From a bacterium (GTDB lineage: Bacteria; CAYTYR01; UBA6262), in assembly GCA_028712895.1 (NCBI GenBank), contig JAQTPL010000006.1:239-64238 (forward strand): 64,000 bases of DNA, in the 5' to 3' direction. Of this stretch, positions 18,251 to 28,293 are shown piece by piece. Both the position numbers and the translations under genes were made by a program. The notes below the pieces were generated by a model, which was given only the letters and a program-made list of their open reading frames with translations, made no database searches and had not been told where the DNA came from. The stretch's first letter is position 1. Every line of letters starts with the position of its first letter.

Positions 18251-19143
18251 TGCCCGACCTCTACTTTCGACCCATCACGCAGGTTATCCTGGCCAACGAC
18301 CACGATCTGTTCTCCTACTTTCAAACCAGCGGTGATCTCAATATCGCTTTCTTGTATTAAGCCGGTCCGGACCTGGCGTTTGGCTGCTGCCCGGCCATCA
18401 CTGACATAGACAAAACTATTCTCTTGTTCTTTTATAACTGCTTCAATTGGGACCAGGATACCTTGATAGGCTTTTTCAATAATCCGTCCTTTGGCAAACA
18501 TGCCGGTTTTGAGTTTTCTTTCCTTATTATCTATCCTGATATTCACTTCAGCAGTCCTGGTATAAGGATCGATCTTCGCCTGAACCATGTCTACTAAACC
18601 GGTAAATTCCTGTCCAGGATAGGCATCGACTTTTACTTGAGCCTCATCGTTTTTTTTGATCCGATGAAGGTCTTTTTCGGGAATATTGGCTACTACCTTA
18701 ATAATACTGGTATCAGCAACTGTGCCCAGGGAATCCTTCGGTTCGATTTTAGCCCCCAAATCTACCAGGTATCCGGTAAAAACACCGCTGATCGGAGCAG
18801 TAATCTCTACTTCCTTATAATCCATAGCTGGTTCGTCCCGGTCCAATAGGGCTATGGTTTGACCGGTTTTAACTATGGCTCCTTCATCCACTACTTTCTT
18901 CAGAAGTTTTCCTGAAACTTTGGGGTAAATGTTCGCTTCATTGAGACCGCGTATTTCGCCAACAAAATTTACCAGGGACGCGATATTGCCAACCTGTACG
19001 GTCGCCAGATGCACCGGGATAACAACTTCTTGTACGACCAGGTTTCTCTCGCTTCTTTTCCGCTGGATCAACTGCACCAGGCGATACCCGGCAATGAGCG
19101 CCAGGATAATAACGATGCTAATTATTATTCTTTTTATTTTCAT
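18247..19143 (-). CDS. RND periplasmic adaptor (membrane fusion protein)
   Basis: TM anchor followed by biotinyl/lipoyl-like and beta-barrel MFP domains; overlaps the pump gene by 4 bp. Confidence 0.85.
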   Translation of the reverse strand: MKIKRIIISIVIILALIAGYRLVQLIQRKRSERNLVVQEVVIPVHLATVQVGNIASLVNFVGEIRGLNEANIYPKVSGKLLKKVVDEGAIVKTGQTIALLDRDEPAMDYKEVEITAPISGVFTGYLVDLGAKIEPKDSLGTVADTSIIKVVANIPEKDLHRIKKNDEAQVKVDAYPGQEFTGLVDMVQAKIDPYTRTAEVNIRIDNKERKLKTGMFAKGRIIEKAYQGILVPIEAVIKEQENSFVYVSDGRAAAKRQVRTGLIQESDIEITAGLKVGEQIVVVGQDNLRDGSKVEVGQ

Positions 19144-19178
19144 TTTCTTCCCCCTGTATTTAAATAGCTTTACGAAAA

Positions 19179-20501
19179 CTACTTTAATGTTTCGCCGATA
19201 ACCTTCTCTACTTTGGCCTGGGCCATGATATATTCGTAGGTCGCCTGGTAATAATTAATTTCTGCCTGGGTCAGGGTTAACTCAGCATCCCGCACTTCGA
19301 TATCGCTCATTAACCCCAGCTTATACCGCTCCTGGGCAATGCGCAGATTATCTTTAGCCGTATCTACATTCTCGCCTTGTCCGGCAATATTATCTTTAGC
19401 CTGGGCCAGGGTAAAATAAGCTTGTTTTACTTCGATCTTTATGCTGTCAATTAATTGGTCCTTGGTTAAGCGCACTTGTTCTTTTTGCGATTTAGCCTGG
19501 TCGATCCTGGCCTTAGTGGCAAATCCCTCAAATAAAGGAATAGTCAAAGAAACCGTAGTCGTCCAGCTGTTGGTCCAAGCCAGGTCAGCTCCGAACCCGG
19601 AAGAGTTTTGCCTGGAAGCAACCGAATTTAACAGTAAATTCGGCCAATGGCCGCTCTGGGCCAGCAACACTAGACTGTTAGCTGCTTCTTCTTGCAGCAG
19701 TAATTGCCGCACTTCTATCCTTTTACCCAAAGCCTGGTTCAAACCTGTTTCATAATCCTGCACTGATTTTTCCACATAATCAAGCTGGCCAACAAACTCT
19801 ATTTCCTGTGCCGGCTCTAATCCTAATATATTAATCAAGGCATCGACATTTATTTTTAAATTATTTTGCGCTTTGATCAAACTGGTTTTCTGGTTGGCTA
19901 ATTGCACTTTTACGCGACTCACATCATAATTAGACATCTTGCCTTCATTATATAAAGCATGGCTGACTTTCAGATGTGCCGCTACCACTTCATAGGCTTC
20001 CTGGTTGATCCGCACCATTTGCTGGGCCAGCAAGACAGTGTAAAAGCTCTGTTTCACCTGGTATAACAAGTCATCTCTTTGCTTTAAATAATCCCAGTTA
20101 ACTAATTGCATCCCGATATCTGCCTGGCGGTTAGATTGGTAGATCTTGCCACCCATAAATAGCGGTTGAGTTAAGCTTAACTTACCGAGATATGAATCCC
20201 TCGCTCCCAGGGGGAGTTCAGTACCAGCGAAATTTACCATATTTATCTTATGGTTGTAAATATATGCTCCCATGGCGCTGATATTGGGCCAATAGCTGCC
20301 CGCTGCCTCAATTTTTTTGGCTCTGGCATTATTGGTTTTTTCCTGGAAGAGCAGCAACTGCTTATTATTGGCCAAAGCAGTTTTAATACATTCATCCAAA
20401 CTCAGGCTTCTCTGCTGGGCTTGAACCTTGCCGGCTGATCCAACAAATCCCGCTACCAAAACCAGGATTATTAAGCTAATTAAATATTTGTTGAAATTCA
20501 T
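19179..20501 (-). CDS. TolC-family outer-membrane efflux protein
   Basis: Signal peptide and duplicated OEP repeats over 440 aa. Confidence 0.8.
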   Translation of the reverse strand: MNFNKYLISLIILVLVAGFVGSAGKVQAQQRSLSLDECIKTALANNKQLLLFQEKTNNARAKKIEAAGSYWPNISAMGAYIYNHKINMVNFAGTELPLGARDSYLGKLSLTQPLFMGGKIYQSNRQADIGMQLVNWDYLKQRDDLLYQVKQSFYTVLLAQQMVRINQEAYEVVAAHLKVSHALYNEGKMSNYDVSRVKVQLANQKTSLIKAQNNLKINVDALINILGLEPAQEIEFVGQLDYVEKSVQDYETGLNQALGKRIEVRQLLLQEEAANSLVLLAQSGHWPNLLLNSVASRQNSSGFGADLAWTNSWTTTVSLTIPLFEGFATKARIDQAKSQKEQVRLTKDQLIDSIKIEVKQAYFTLAQAKDNIAGQGENVDTAKDNLRIAQERYKLGLMSDIEVRDAELTLTQAEINYYQATYEYIMAQAKVEKVIGETLK

Positions 20502-21112
20502 GCTTTGGCTCCCTCCAGGAAAACTTCCAGGATAAACTGTTTTTCCTTGGCCTGAAACTTTCTAGCATTCTCAAACATAGCCCGCATAATGAAAATTTGC
20601 ACCATTCCCCCTAAACCTAAGGCCAATAATTCCGGGGATTCATTTTTCAAGATCTTTTCCTTAATCCCCTGCTTCATAATGGCGATCAAATATGATAATA
20701 TTCGCTTCATTTCCTTCATGGCTTGTTCATGAATATTTTTTTGGATATCAGTACATAAAACATCCCGTTCCAGCATCATAACTATGGTCCAGAGGTCACG
20801 GTTTTTTTCAAAATAATCAAAATTGTGGCCAATATAAGACTGGAGTTTTTCCCGGCAGCCAATATTTTGTTCCAATATGCCCCGGACCAATGCCGCCCGG
20901 TCATTCAGTCCCTCGGCGATCAGGGCCATGAACATTTTTTCCTTGCTGGGGAAATACAGGTATAAGGCCCCTTTGCTGATGCCCGCTTCTTTGGCTACGT
21001 CATCCATGGTGGCCCGGTGAAATCCCTTACGGGTAAAGATAGTCCGGGCAGCGGTCAGCAATGCTGTTTTGCGCCAAAGCGCCTCTCGTTCCCTGAGTTT
21101 GCTTTTAATCAT
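20498..21112 (-). CDS. TetR/AcrR-family transcriptional repressor
   Basis: N-terminal HTH ('RATMDDVAKEAGISKGALYLYFPSKE'); the gene heads the efflux operon. Confidence 0.85.
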   Translation of the reverse strand: MIKSKLREREALWRKTALLTAARTIFTRKGFHRATMDDVAKEAGISKGALYLYFPSKEKMFMALIAEGLNDRAALVRGILEQNIGCREKLQSYIGHNFDYFEKNRDLWTIVMMLERDVLCTDIQKNIHEQAMKEMKRILSYLIAIMKQGIKEKILKNESPELLALGLGGMVQIFIMRAMFENARKFQAKEKQFILEVFLEGAKA

Positions 21113-21142
21113 GTCCTTACTCCTTTATGACTACTTAGTCAG

Positions 21143-21162
21143 TTGACTGACCGGTCAGTCAA
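21143..21162. promoter_or_regulatory. Perfect 20-bp palindrome TTGACTGACCGGTCAGTCAA, a probable TetR operator
   Basis: I verified it as self-reverse-complementary. It lies 31-50 bp upstream of the tetR start codon. Confidence 0.6.
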
Positions 21163-21237
21163 TATTAATATTACCATGCTAACCACGGCCTGTCAATAAA
21201 TATCTGTAAATAATTTGCCAAGGATCAATGATTAGTC

Positions 21238-21266
21238 TTGACAATTGATTAGAGATTAATTATAGT
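21238..21266 (+). promoter_or_regulatory. Near-consensus sigma-70 promoter TTGACA-N17-TATAGT upstream of pilP
   Basis: Read directly from the sequence. It places the transcription start around 21273, so the ATG at 21271 cannot be used, which supports the TTG start at 21295. Confidence 0.55.
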
Positions 21267-21294
21267 ATATATGAATTATACTAGGAGGAAGAAT

Positions 21295-21831
21295 TTGCCG
21301 GCTAAATTCAAAGGATATGCCTTGACTAGTTCAGCAGTCCGCAGAGTTCTTGTTGCCTTATTTTTCTTAAGCCTGCCTTGTGCCCTTTGGGCTGTACCAT
21401 TGACTGTAATTCCCGCTTTACCTGAAGCTACAACCCCAGTTTTCGTCAGCACCTCTACGATCACCTTACCTATCCCGCAAAGCCAGGAATTACCGGATAG
21501 GACTATGTGGCGCAAAAATCCTTTCATGCCTCTTTTGGGTATAACCTTCGCACAAAAAACCAAGGCCAAAGCACCGGTAAGCGGCCCCTCTGATGTCGTG
21601 CAATTGCGGGATATGGAACTTATCGGCATTGTGAAAGACGCAATAGAATACTCGGGTATATTCAGGAATACCATGACCGGTAAAATATATATTACCCAGC
21701 AAAGCAAATTAATAGATAAAAGAAAAAGAACCATTAAAAATATCAGTGTTGGTTATATTGATGAAAACAGCGTTTTAATGAACGACGGGAAACAGGAAAC
21801 GAGTTACCGGCTCAGGAAAGCAGGAGAATGA
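21295..21831 (+). CDS. pilP: PilP-like pilus/secretin-associated protein. TTG start with an AGGAGG Shine-Dalgarno sequence; the track ORF begins at 21271.
   Basis: N-terminal membrane anchor and a C-terminal beta domain ('ELIGIVKD...GIFRN..TGKIYITQQSKLID...ISVGYIDENSVLMNDGK') resembling PilP; it immediately precedes the secretin gene. Confidence 0.5.
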   Translation: MPAKFKGYALTSSAVRRVLVALFFLSLPCALWAVPLTVIPALPEATTPVFVSTSTITLPIPQSQELPDRTMWRKNPFMPLLGITFAQKTKAKAPVSGPSDVVQLRDMELIGIVKDAIEYSGIFRNTMTGKIYITQQSKLIDKRKRTIKNISVGYIDENSVLMNDGKQETSYRLRKAGE

Positions 21832-23414
21832 AAAAACAATTGGTTCTCATAATCATAGGTTGTATCCTGTGTCTAGGGGTAGGCACACCATTCCACTTGG
21901 CTGCTGCTGAAGCAAACCAGGCAATTTTACAATCTATTTCTACCAAAGTAGAATCGTCCGTATTTAAAGTCTTCCTGAAAATATCCGGGCCGGTGACACC
22001 TAAGGATTTTGTAAAGGCTGATCCTGATCCAAAATTAGTGCTCGATCTTATTAATACCAGGAATGCCTCTGATTTTAAGAAGATGAAAGTGAATCTAAGC
22101 CCGATCCTGTATCTCCGTGCAACGCAATACAAGATCACTCCGCAGCCAATCACCAGGGTGGTGCTTGACCTGACGGCAACGCCAGCCTATGAGATCAAAA
22201 CATCAGCAGACGGATTAGAGATCAATGTCACGCTTGACCAGGATAACACTATGGCTACTGACCCGGCAGCAGCTCAAATTCCACCAGAAACAACTAATCC
22301 CAGACTATTTTCCTTTGATTTTGAAAACGCCGACGTTAAAGATGTCCTCTATGCTTTAGGCTTAAAAAAAGGCATCAATATAATTATCGATGAAGATGTC
22401 ACCGGCCAGATAAGTATCAGTTTAAATAATATTTCGTTTGAAGATTCCCTGGATACGATCCTGAAGATAAAAAGCCTCTCCCTGACCAAGATCAGCGATC
22501 AGGTCATCAGAATCTCTAAAAAAGAAAAAGCTGACCTGGTCACTACTTTCGTGCAGCTCAAGTTTGGCCGGGCTGAAGACACTGCTCCCTTGGTCACCCC
22601 ATTACTTTCAGGAAAAGGGAATATCCAGGTAGATAAACGCACCAATAGCCTCTTGATCACTGATGCTTTGAATAATATCCAGGTAATAACCGATGCGCTC
22701 AGCAAAATGGACCTTAAGCCAAATGTAGTTGAGATCAAAGCTGAGATCGTGGAAGTAGATACAAACGCCTTACGAGAACTGGGAATTAGCTGGACTGCAG
22801 CCAAAGAAGCAAATCCCCCTACGGGAACTGGTATGACTTATAATGCTGCTCAGTCGTTGGGCAATTTAAGTATTAATCTTGGCACGGTGATCGATAAAGT
22901 GCAGGTTAATGCCACTCTCAGCATGCTGGGCCAGAAAGGAAAGAGCAAACTGCTTTCTTCTCCCAGCATTACGACTGTTGACAATCAGCCAGCCAAGATT
23001 ATAGTCGGTGATAAAGTTCCTTATGAAAAGAAAACTATCTCCAGCTCCGCGGCGGGGGAGACTGCGACAGAGTCCACAATAGAGTTCCTTGATATTGGCA
23101 TCAAGCTCGAAGTTACCCCGACCATAAACATCCATAAGCAAATTACCATGAAGATTAGACCAGAAGTAAGTTCTTATACCCCCTCTACTCTCGGGCCAAT
23201 CGTACATACCAGGGAAGCAGAGACCACGATCATGGTCAACAACGGAGAAACCATCGTCATCGGGGGCTTAATGAGTGAAACCGATACTGATACTATCCAG
23301 GCGGTGCCCTTTGTCGGAGATATTCCTATTTTAGGCTGGCTGTTTAAAAAGGCCACTAAAAACACTGATAAGACTGAATTGCTGATCTTTATTACTCCGC
23401 GTTTGATAGAGTAA
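21828..23414 (+). CDS. pilQ: Type IV pilus / type II secretion secretin (PilQ-like, with AMIN domain)
   Basis: Signal peptide, an AMIN-like N-domain, N0/N1 domains, and the secretin C-domain ('VPFVGDIPILGWLFK...ELLIFITPRLI'). Confidence 0.85.
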   Translation: MKKQLVLIIIGCILCLGVGTPFHLAAAEANQAILQSISTKVESSVFKVFLKISGPVTPKDFVKADPDPKLVLDLINTRNASDFKKMKVNLSPILYLRATQYKITPQPITRVVLDLTATPAYEIKTSADGLEINVTLDQDNTMATDPAAAQIPPETTNPRLFSFDFENADVKDVLYALGLKKGINIIIDEDVTGQISISLNNISFEDSLDTILKIKSLSLTKISDQVIRISKKEKADLVTTFVQLKFGRAEDTAPLVTPLLSGKGNIQVDKRTNSLLITDALNNIQVITDALSKMDLKPNVVEIKAEIVEVDTNALRELGISWTAAKEANPPTGTGMTYNAAQSLGNLSINLGTVIDKVQVNATLSMLGQKGKSKLLSSPSITTVDNQPAKIIVGDKVPYEKKTISSSAAGETATESTIEFLDIGIKLEVTPTINIHKQITMKIRPEVSSYTPSTLGPIVHTREAETTIMVNNGETIVIGGLMSETDTDTIQAVPFVGDIPILGWLFKKATKNTDKTELLIFITPRLIE

Positions 23415-23593
23415 TACCGCGTATGTTTTGTCCTAACTGTCAAAAGCCCCTGCATGCCTTTAATTATCATAAAAATATCTATACCCCGGCAGAATAGCAA
23501 AAAATGCCCCTGGCGCAGCTAAATTCCTGTTTTTTACCTGGCTGGGTAATTTGACACACCGTATCAGAATCGAGTTTTTCTTTTCAGAAAATA

Positions 23594-24922
23594 TTATCCA
23601 ATAAAAACATCTTCCCGGGCATATCTATAAAGCACCTTTTTTGGCTTGGTGATAACCGCTGTAGCTACAATTAACGGGCCTACCCTGCCAATAAACATAG
23701 TCAATGTTAATATTGTCCGGCCGGCATTGCTTAAAGCCGCGGTGATACCGGTAGATAATCCTGTATTCGCCAAAGCCGAAACAATTTCAAATAAGATTTG
23801 GATAAAAGAAGTTTTTTCCGTAAACGCCATGACCAATGAATCAATAAAAATAATGGCTAGGAAGAAGATAAAGATTATTACCGCGTTATATATCCCCTGC
23901 TCACCTATTTCCCTTTTAAAAACATTAAAATTTCGATCGCGAAGCTTAGACCAAACCAGGATGAATAATAAAGCAAACGTGGTGGTCTTTATTCCTCCTC
24001 CGGTACTCCCAGGAGAAGCCCCGACGAACATCAGCAGCATGATCATGATCCAGCTGGTCGGGCTCATTTTACCGATATCCAGCGTGTTAAACCCATCAGT
24101 AGTAGAAGCAGACACTGCCTGGAAAAAAGAGTGCATTCCCTTTTCATAATTATTCGCGGTTATAGGCTGCCAGTCTTCAGCCACACAGATCATTGCCGTA
24201 CCAGCCATAATTATAATAAAAGTAGTTATTAATACTAGTTTTGTGTGTATTGCTAATCTAGCTGGGTACTGTTTCTTAAGTCTGAGACTTAGGTAATGTC
24301 TGATATCGTCCAGCACAAAAAATCCCAAACCACCGGCTAAGGAAAGAATGTTAATAGTCACATTTAGCAGTATATTTTGCTGGTATTTCATCAGGCTATC
24401 GGGAAATAATCCGAATCCAGCCGTACAAAAGGTGGAAATCGAATGAAACAATCCAAAATAAAAAGCCTGCCACAGGGGGTAATCCCTCAGCCAGATCAAA
24501 CTTAAGATTATGGTCCCGCTTAATTCAAAAAAACAGGTGTAGAATAATACTTTGCGGAAAAAATTTTCCAGTAAATTGAGATCTGATCCTACCAACGATT
24601 CCCTGGCGACCAAAGAAGTTTTCAGGGAACGGCCCATTCCCAATACATAAGCGGTAAAAATTATGAAAGTCATGTATCCGATACCGCCGATCTGGAAAAT
24701 AACCATGAGGACTATTTGCCCAAAAAAGGAATAATAGCTGCCTATATCTACCACCGTAAGGCCAGAGGTACTGATCCCGGAACTTGCCAGGAATAGCGCA
24801 TCCAGAAACGGCTGGGCCGTACCTTTAGCCGAAGAAATGGGCAAAGACAATATCATAGCCCCGGTTAGGGTAATGAAAATATACCCTAATAGCAATAATT
24901 GATAGGGAGTGAGCTTTTTCAT
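23594..24922 (-). CDS. trkH: TrkH/KtrB-family potassium transporter subunit
   Basis: Repeated MPM motifs with selectivity-filter-like glycines ('GGIGY', 'TGGGIKT'). Confidence 0.85.
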   Translation of the reverse strand: MKKLTPYQLLLLGYIFITLTGAMILSLPISSAKGTAQPFLDALFLASSGISTSGLTVVDIGSYYSFFGQIVLMVIFQIGGIGYMTFIIFTAYVLGMGRSLKTSLVARESLVGSDLNLLENFFRKVLFYTCFFELSGTIILSLIWLRDYPLWQAFYFGLFHSISTFCTAGFGLFPDSLMKYQQNILLNVTINILSLAGGLGFFVLDDIRHYLSLRLKKQYPARLAIHTKLVLITTFIIIMAGTAMICVAEDWQPITANNYEKGMHSFFQAVSASTTDGFNTLDIGKMSPTSWIMIMLLMFVGASPGSTGGGIKTTTFALLFILVWSKLRDRNFNVFKREIGEQGIYNAVIIFIFFLAIIFIDSLVMAFTEKTSFIQILFEIVSALANTGLSTGITAALSNAGRTILTLTMFIGRVGPLIVATAVITKPKKVLYRYAREDVFIG

Positions 24923-24969
24923 ACTATTAACTTACTCCCAGTTCAGGGGGAAGGCAAATCAATAAAAGG

Positions 24970-25668
24970 TCAAAAATCTTGCAGGCGATAGCCAATGCAG
25001 GGTTCAGTTAATATATAGGCGGGACGGTCAGGATCAGGTTCGAGTTTGCTTCTTAAATTGCTGATGGTTACGCGTAAGAGGTGAAAGACACCTTCTAATT
25101 CTTCGGTTTTATCCCAAACTTCTTTCAGTATCTGTTTATGGGTAAGCACCTTGCCAGCATTGATCACCAATAGTTTTAGTACTTCAAATTCAGTGGGAGA
25201 TACATTTACCTGGGCGCCATTAACAGTCACTTGGTGTTTAGCTATATCGATCAATAGTTTGCCAACATGAAAAACAGCTTTTTGGTCAGCCGGCAGAAGA
25301 CGCCTTAATACTGCCTTGATCCGCGCTAACAGTTCCTGTACTTTAAATGGTTTAGTCAGGTAATCATCCGCCCCCGCATCCAGCGCCGCGACTTTATCCC
25401 CCAGTTCTTCTCGTACCGAAAGAATAATAATGGGTGTTTTAGCCCATTGGCGGATCTGACGGATAACTTCTAGCCCATCAACATCAGGTAAGCCAAGATC
25501 CAGGATAATTACATCAGGATGCACAGCCAAGGCCCGTTTCAAGGCATCAGCCCCGGTTGCTGCTTCAAAAATACTGTACCCAAAAGAGGATAAAGACGTT
25601 TTGAGAAACCTCCTGATGGCTTTCTCATCATCAACTATCAGTACCCTTATGTTCTGTTTTATTTCCAT
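24970..25668 (-). CDS. kdpE: OmpR-family response regulator (KdpE-like)
   Basis: REC domain (D-D-K) plus a winged-helix trans_reg_C domain; adjacent to the KdpD-like kinase. Confidence 0.8.
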   Translation of the reverse strand: MEIKQNIRVLIVDDEKAIRRFLKTSLSSFGYSIFEAATGADALKRALAVHPDVIILDLGLPDVDGLEVIRQIRQWAKTPIIILSVREELGDKVAALDAGADDYLTKPFKVQELLARIKAVLRRLLPADQKAVFHVGKLLIDIAKHQVTVNGAQVNVSPTEFEVLKLLVINAGKVLTHKQILKEVWDKTEELEGVFHLLRVTISNLRSKLEPDPDRPAYILTEPCIGYRLQDF

Positions 25669-25677
25669 AAAATTAAC

Positions 25678-27171
25678 CTATACTGTTCGTGGCAGTTGAA
25701 TAACAAAAGTTGCCCCTGATCCTTGATTGTTACTGGCTATGATCTCTCCTCCGTGAGCTTCAATTATCCCCTTACAAATAGAAAGGCCTAATCCGGTCCC
25801 GGTGATTTGCTGCGGCTTTTCTGCCCGGTAAAATTTATCAAATATGCGTCTCAGGTCAGCCTCAGGTATGCCAAACCCCTGGTCAATTACTTCAATAATT
25901 ATCTGCTCCTGGTTCTCCCTGGCCTTGATCGTCAATAATGAATCTGGAGGGGAATATCTAAGCGCATTATCGATCAGGTTATTAAATACCTTCATCATAA
26001 AAGAAAAATCAACAGTGATCTCCGGAAGATCCCTGGGTATATCTATTTTTATGCTTCTCTTCCCGATCTTTTCTTTTAGCTGGTCCAGGGAGGCTCCTAC
26101 TATATCCCTGAGGTCGCAAGGCTTTTTGGTGATCCGTAAAGCCCCTGCTTCCATTTTAGTCATATCCAAAAGATTTTCAACCAGACGGTTAAGGCGCTCA
26201 GATTCTTCGTAAGCCGTATCTAACAGTTCTTCTTTGGCTATCGCCGCAAGGTTAGCGCTACTACCCATAAGGGTTGTCAAGGCGCCCTTGATCGAAACCA
26301 GTGGGGTTTTTAAGTCATGAGAGATCGAGTGTAATAGCGCGGATTGAAGTTTTTCCGTTTGTCTCATGATCTCAACCTGGCGGGAGTCTTCACCCAGTTT
26401 CGCCCGCTGGATCGCCATTGCCGCTTGATTCACCAAAGCTTTTATAAATTCCTCGGCTAATACTTTTCTTTCATTTTCATAAAAGCTGACACCTAAAACC
26501 CCAAGAATTTCCTGTGCCGTATCTAACGGGTAAAAAACTATCTGGACTGGTTTAGGGCTATCGGTTGTATAAATTTGTTTCTGACCATTTTTATACACTT
26601 GTTCCGCGATCAATGGCCCGGGACTTAGAGTGGGGAATTCCGGATCATAACTACTAAGTTCCGGGCTTCCGTTTACAGGCAAATAAACAGCGACATTACT
26701 ATTTAAGACCTGGCTGATATTTTTCCTGATCGCTTGTAGAACGACATCAAAAGAATCAGCATTAGCCAGGTCGTCGCTAAACCGGTATAATGCGGCAGCC
26801 TGGGCTTCCTGCTGCCGTGCCTGGATAGCCTGTTCTCTCATTTTTGAGGCTAACGTGCTGATCACCAGGCCAACGATCAAGAGCCCTATAAAAGTGAAAA
26901 TGTAATGAATACTGGCAACAGTGAAAGTTAAATAAGGAGGGACAAGAAAATAGTCAAAGCACAGAACACTGAGAATAGAAGTGACAATGGCCGGCCCCCT
27001 CCCCCATTCTATGGCGGAAATAACAACCACCAGCAGGTAAAACATAACCAAATTCGTCGGCTCTAACCTACCCTTAATAAATATACCAAATATGGTTGTT
27101 ATTAAAACAAGCCCAATGCTCAGTAAATATGGGATCACTTTGTTACTTCTGGTACTTAGTCGAAAAGCCAT
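25678..27171 (-). CDS. kdpD: KdpD-like sensor histidine kinase, short form (DUF4118 TM region, GAF-like, HisKA, HATPase)
   Basis: The TM region resembles the KdpD membrane domain ('LYLLVVVISAIEWGRGPAIVTSILSVLCFDYFLVPP'); the H-box is 'SHDLKTPL' and G-boxes are present. The KdpD N-terminal and Usp domains are absent. Confidence 0.8.
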   Translation of the reverse strand: MAFRLSTRSNKVIPYLLSIGLVLITTIFGIFIKGRLEPTNLVMFYLLVVVISAIEWGRGPAIVTSILSVLCFDYFLVPPYLTFTVASIHYIFTFIGLLIVGLVISTLASKMREQAIQARQQEAQAAALYRFSDDLANADSFDVVLQAIRKNISQVLNSNVAVYLPVNGSPELSSYDPEFPTLSPGPLIAEQVYKNGQKQIYTTDSPKPVQIVFYPLDTAQEILGVLGVSFYENERKVLAEEFIKALVNQAAMAIQRAKLGEDSRQVEIMRQTEKLQSALLHSISHDLKTPLVSIKGALTTLMGSSANLAAIAKEELLDTAYEESERLNRLVENLLDMTKMEAGALRITKKPCDLRDIVGASLDQLKEKIGKRSIKIDIPRDLPEITVDFSFMMKVFNNLIDNALRYSPPDSLLTIKARENQEQIIIEVIDQGFGIPEADLRRIFDKFYRAEKPQQITGTGLGLSICKGIIEAHGGEIIASNNQGSGATFVIQLPRTV

Positions 27172-27620
27172 TTAATTCCCTCAACGCTCATGATCAGTCC
27201 CGCATCGCAGACCAGGATGCCAGCCAGGATCGCCGGGATACTCTGGCGCGGCTTTATTCCCAGCAGCCGGGCCAATACTACTCCGCCTAACACTCCGCCG
27301 GTAAAAGCCGGCATAGCCACAATAAAAAAGACTCCCCAGCCGCCGTTTCTCTTAGCAGACAGGAACAGTTTGGAATGCATGATCTTATGTCTTTGGGGCT
27401 GGTATTTTTTTTTCAAACGCTGCACCCACATCATCCGGGAAGCCAACGAACCCAATAAAAAATAAAAAAGCGGGACCTGCGCCAGTTCAATAATAAGGAT
27501 ATACAGGAAAACAATCTGCCAGGAACCAAAAAGAGCAATCCCGATCGGGACTGCTCCTTTCCTGCCGGCAGCAATATAAATACCGGCTAAAACTATAAAT
27601 TCACTAAGATATTTAACCAT
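27156..27620 (-). CDS. Small membrane protein, possibly small-multidrug-export-like
   Basis: Four predicted TM helices over 154 aa; family assignment is weak. Confidence 0.35.
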   Translation of the reverse strand: MVKYLSEFIVLAGIYIAAGRKGAVPIGIALFGSWQIVFLYILIIELAQVPLFYFLLGSLASRMMWVQRLKKKYQPQRHKIMHSKLFLSAKRNGGWGVFFIVAMPAFTGGVLGGVVLARLLGIKPRQSIPAILAGILVCDAGLIMSVEGIKWLFD

Positions 27621-28293
27621 TTTCTTTGTCGATAATATTCATAATTTCTTTAATATCGTTTATTTCGTAATCAGCGCCGCTTTCTTTAGTATCAAAAAGA
27701 TTGCCATAGCGGGCAAAGACCGTCTTCATCCCTACCTGCTTGGCCCCAACAACATCGCGCTCCGCCCAATCTCCCACCATAACGACATGTTGCGGGTCCA
27801 GCGACCATAATTCCAATAATTTACGAAAAGGTTTAGGGCTGGGTTTCCGCTCACCGGTATCGTCAAAAGTAATGACCTGGTCAAAGATCGGATGCAAACT
27901 AAAGGAGCACAGCCGCATCCACACTGCCAGCCGTGGAGCATCGCTGATCACTGCCATCTTGATCCCCCGCTTGGCAATACCGATCAGGGTGGACATAACA
28001 TGAGGGTAGAGAGTCAGGGCTCCTTCTTTGGCCCGGCGATAACCGATTATCCCGGCGGCCAGGATCTTATAATCGATTTTCCCGAATTCCTGCAATAATA
28101 TTTTGTCAAATATCTGCTGGTCCTCAATACCTTCTACCGAATACAGGTTAAATATCCGGTTGATCATTTGCTCCTTGGAAAGATCCAGCCCCGCGTCGAT
28201 CATGGCTTCTACCGCTGCTTCTACCGCCACGCGCTTGGCTTTCATGAAATCCCAAAGGGTATTATCCAGATCAAAGACTACGGCCTGGATCAT
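27613..28293 (-). CDS. HAD-superfamily hydrolase
   Basis: Motif I 'VVFDLDNTL' and motif IV 'VGDWAERD'. Confidence 0.8.
   Translation of the reverse strand: MIQAVVFDLDNTLWDFMKAKRVAVEAAVEAMIDAGLDLSKEQMINRIFNLYSVEGIEDQQIFDKILLQEFGKIDYKILAAGIIGYRRAKEGALTLYPHVMSTLIGIAKRGIKMAVISDAPRLAVWMRLCSFSLHPIFDQVITFDDTGERKPSPKPFRKLLELWSLDPQHVVMVGDWAERDVVGAKQVGMKTVFARYGNLFDTKESGADYEINDIKEIMNIIDKENG

Noticed and set aside
23423-23497. A 24-aa plus-strand mini-ORF, MFCPNCQKPLHAFNYHKNIYTPAE, in the pilQ/trkH convergent spacer
   Set aside because: It has a single CxxC motif only, no ribosome-binding site, and lies in a terminator region; probably chance.
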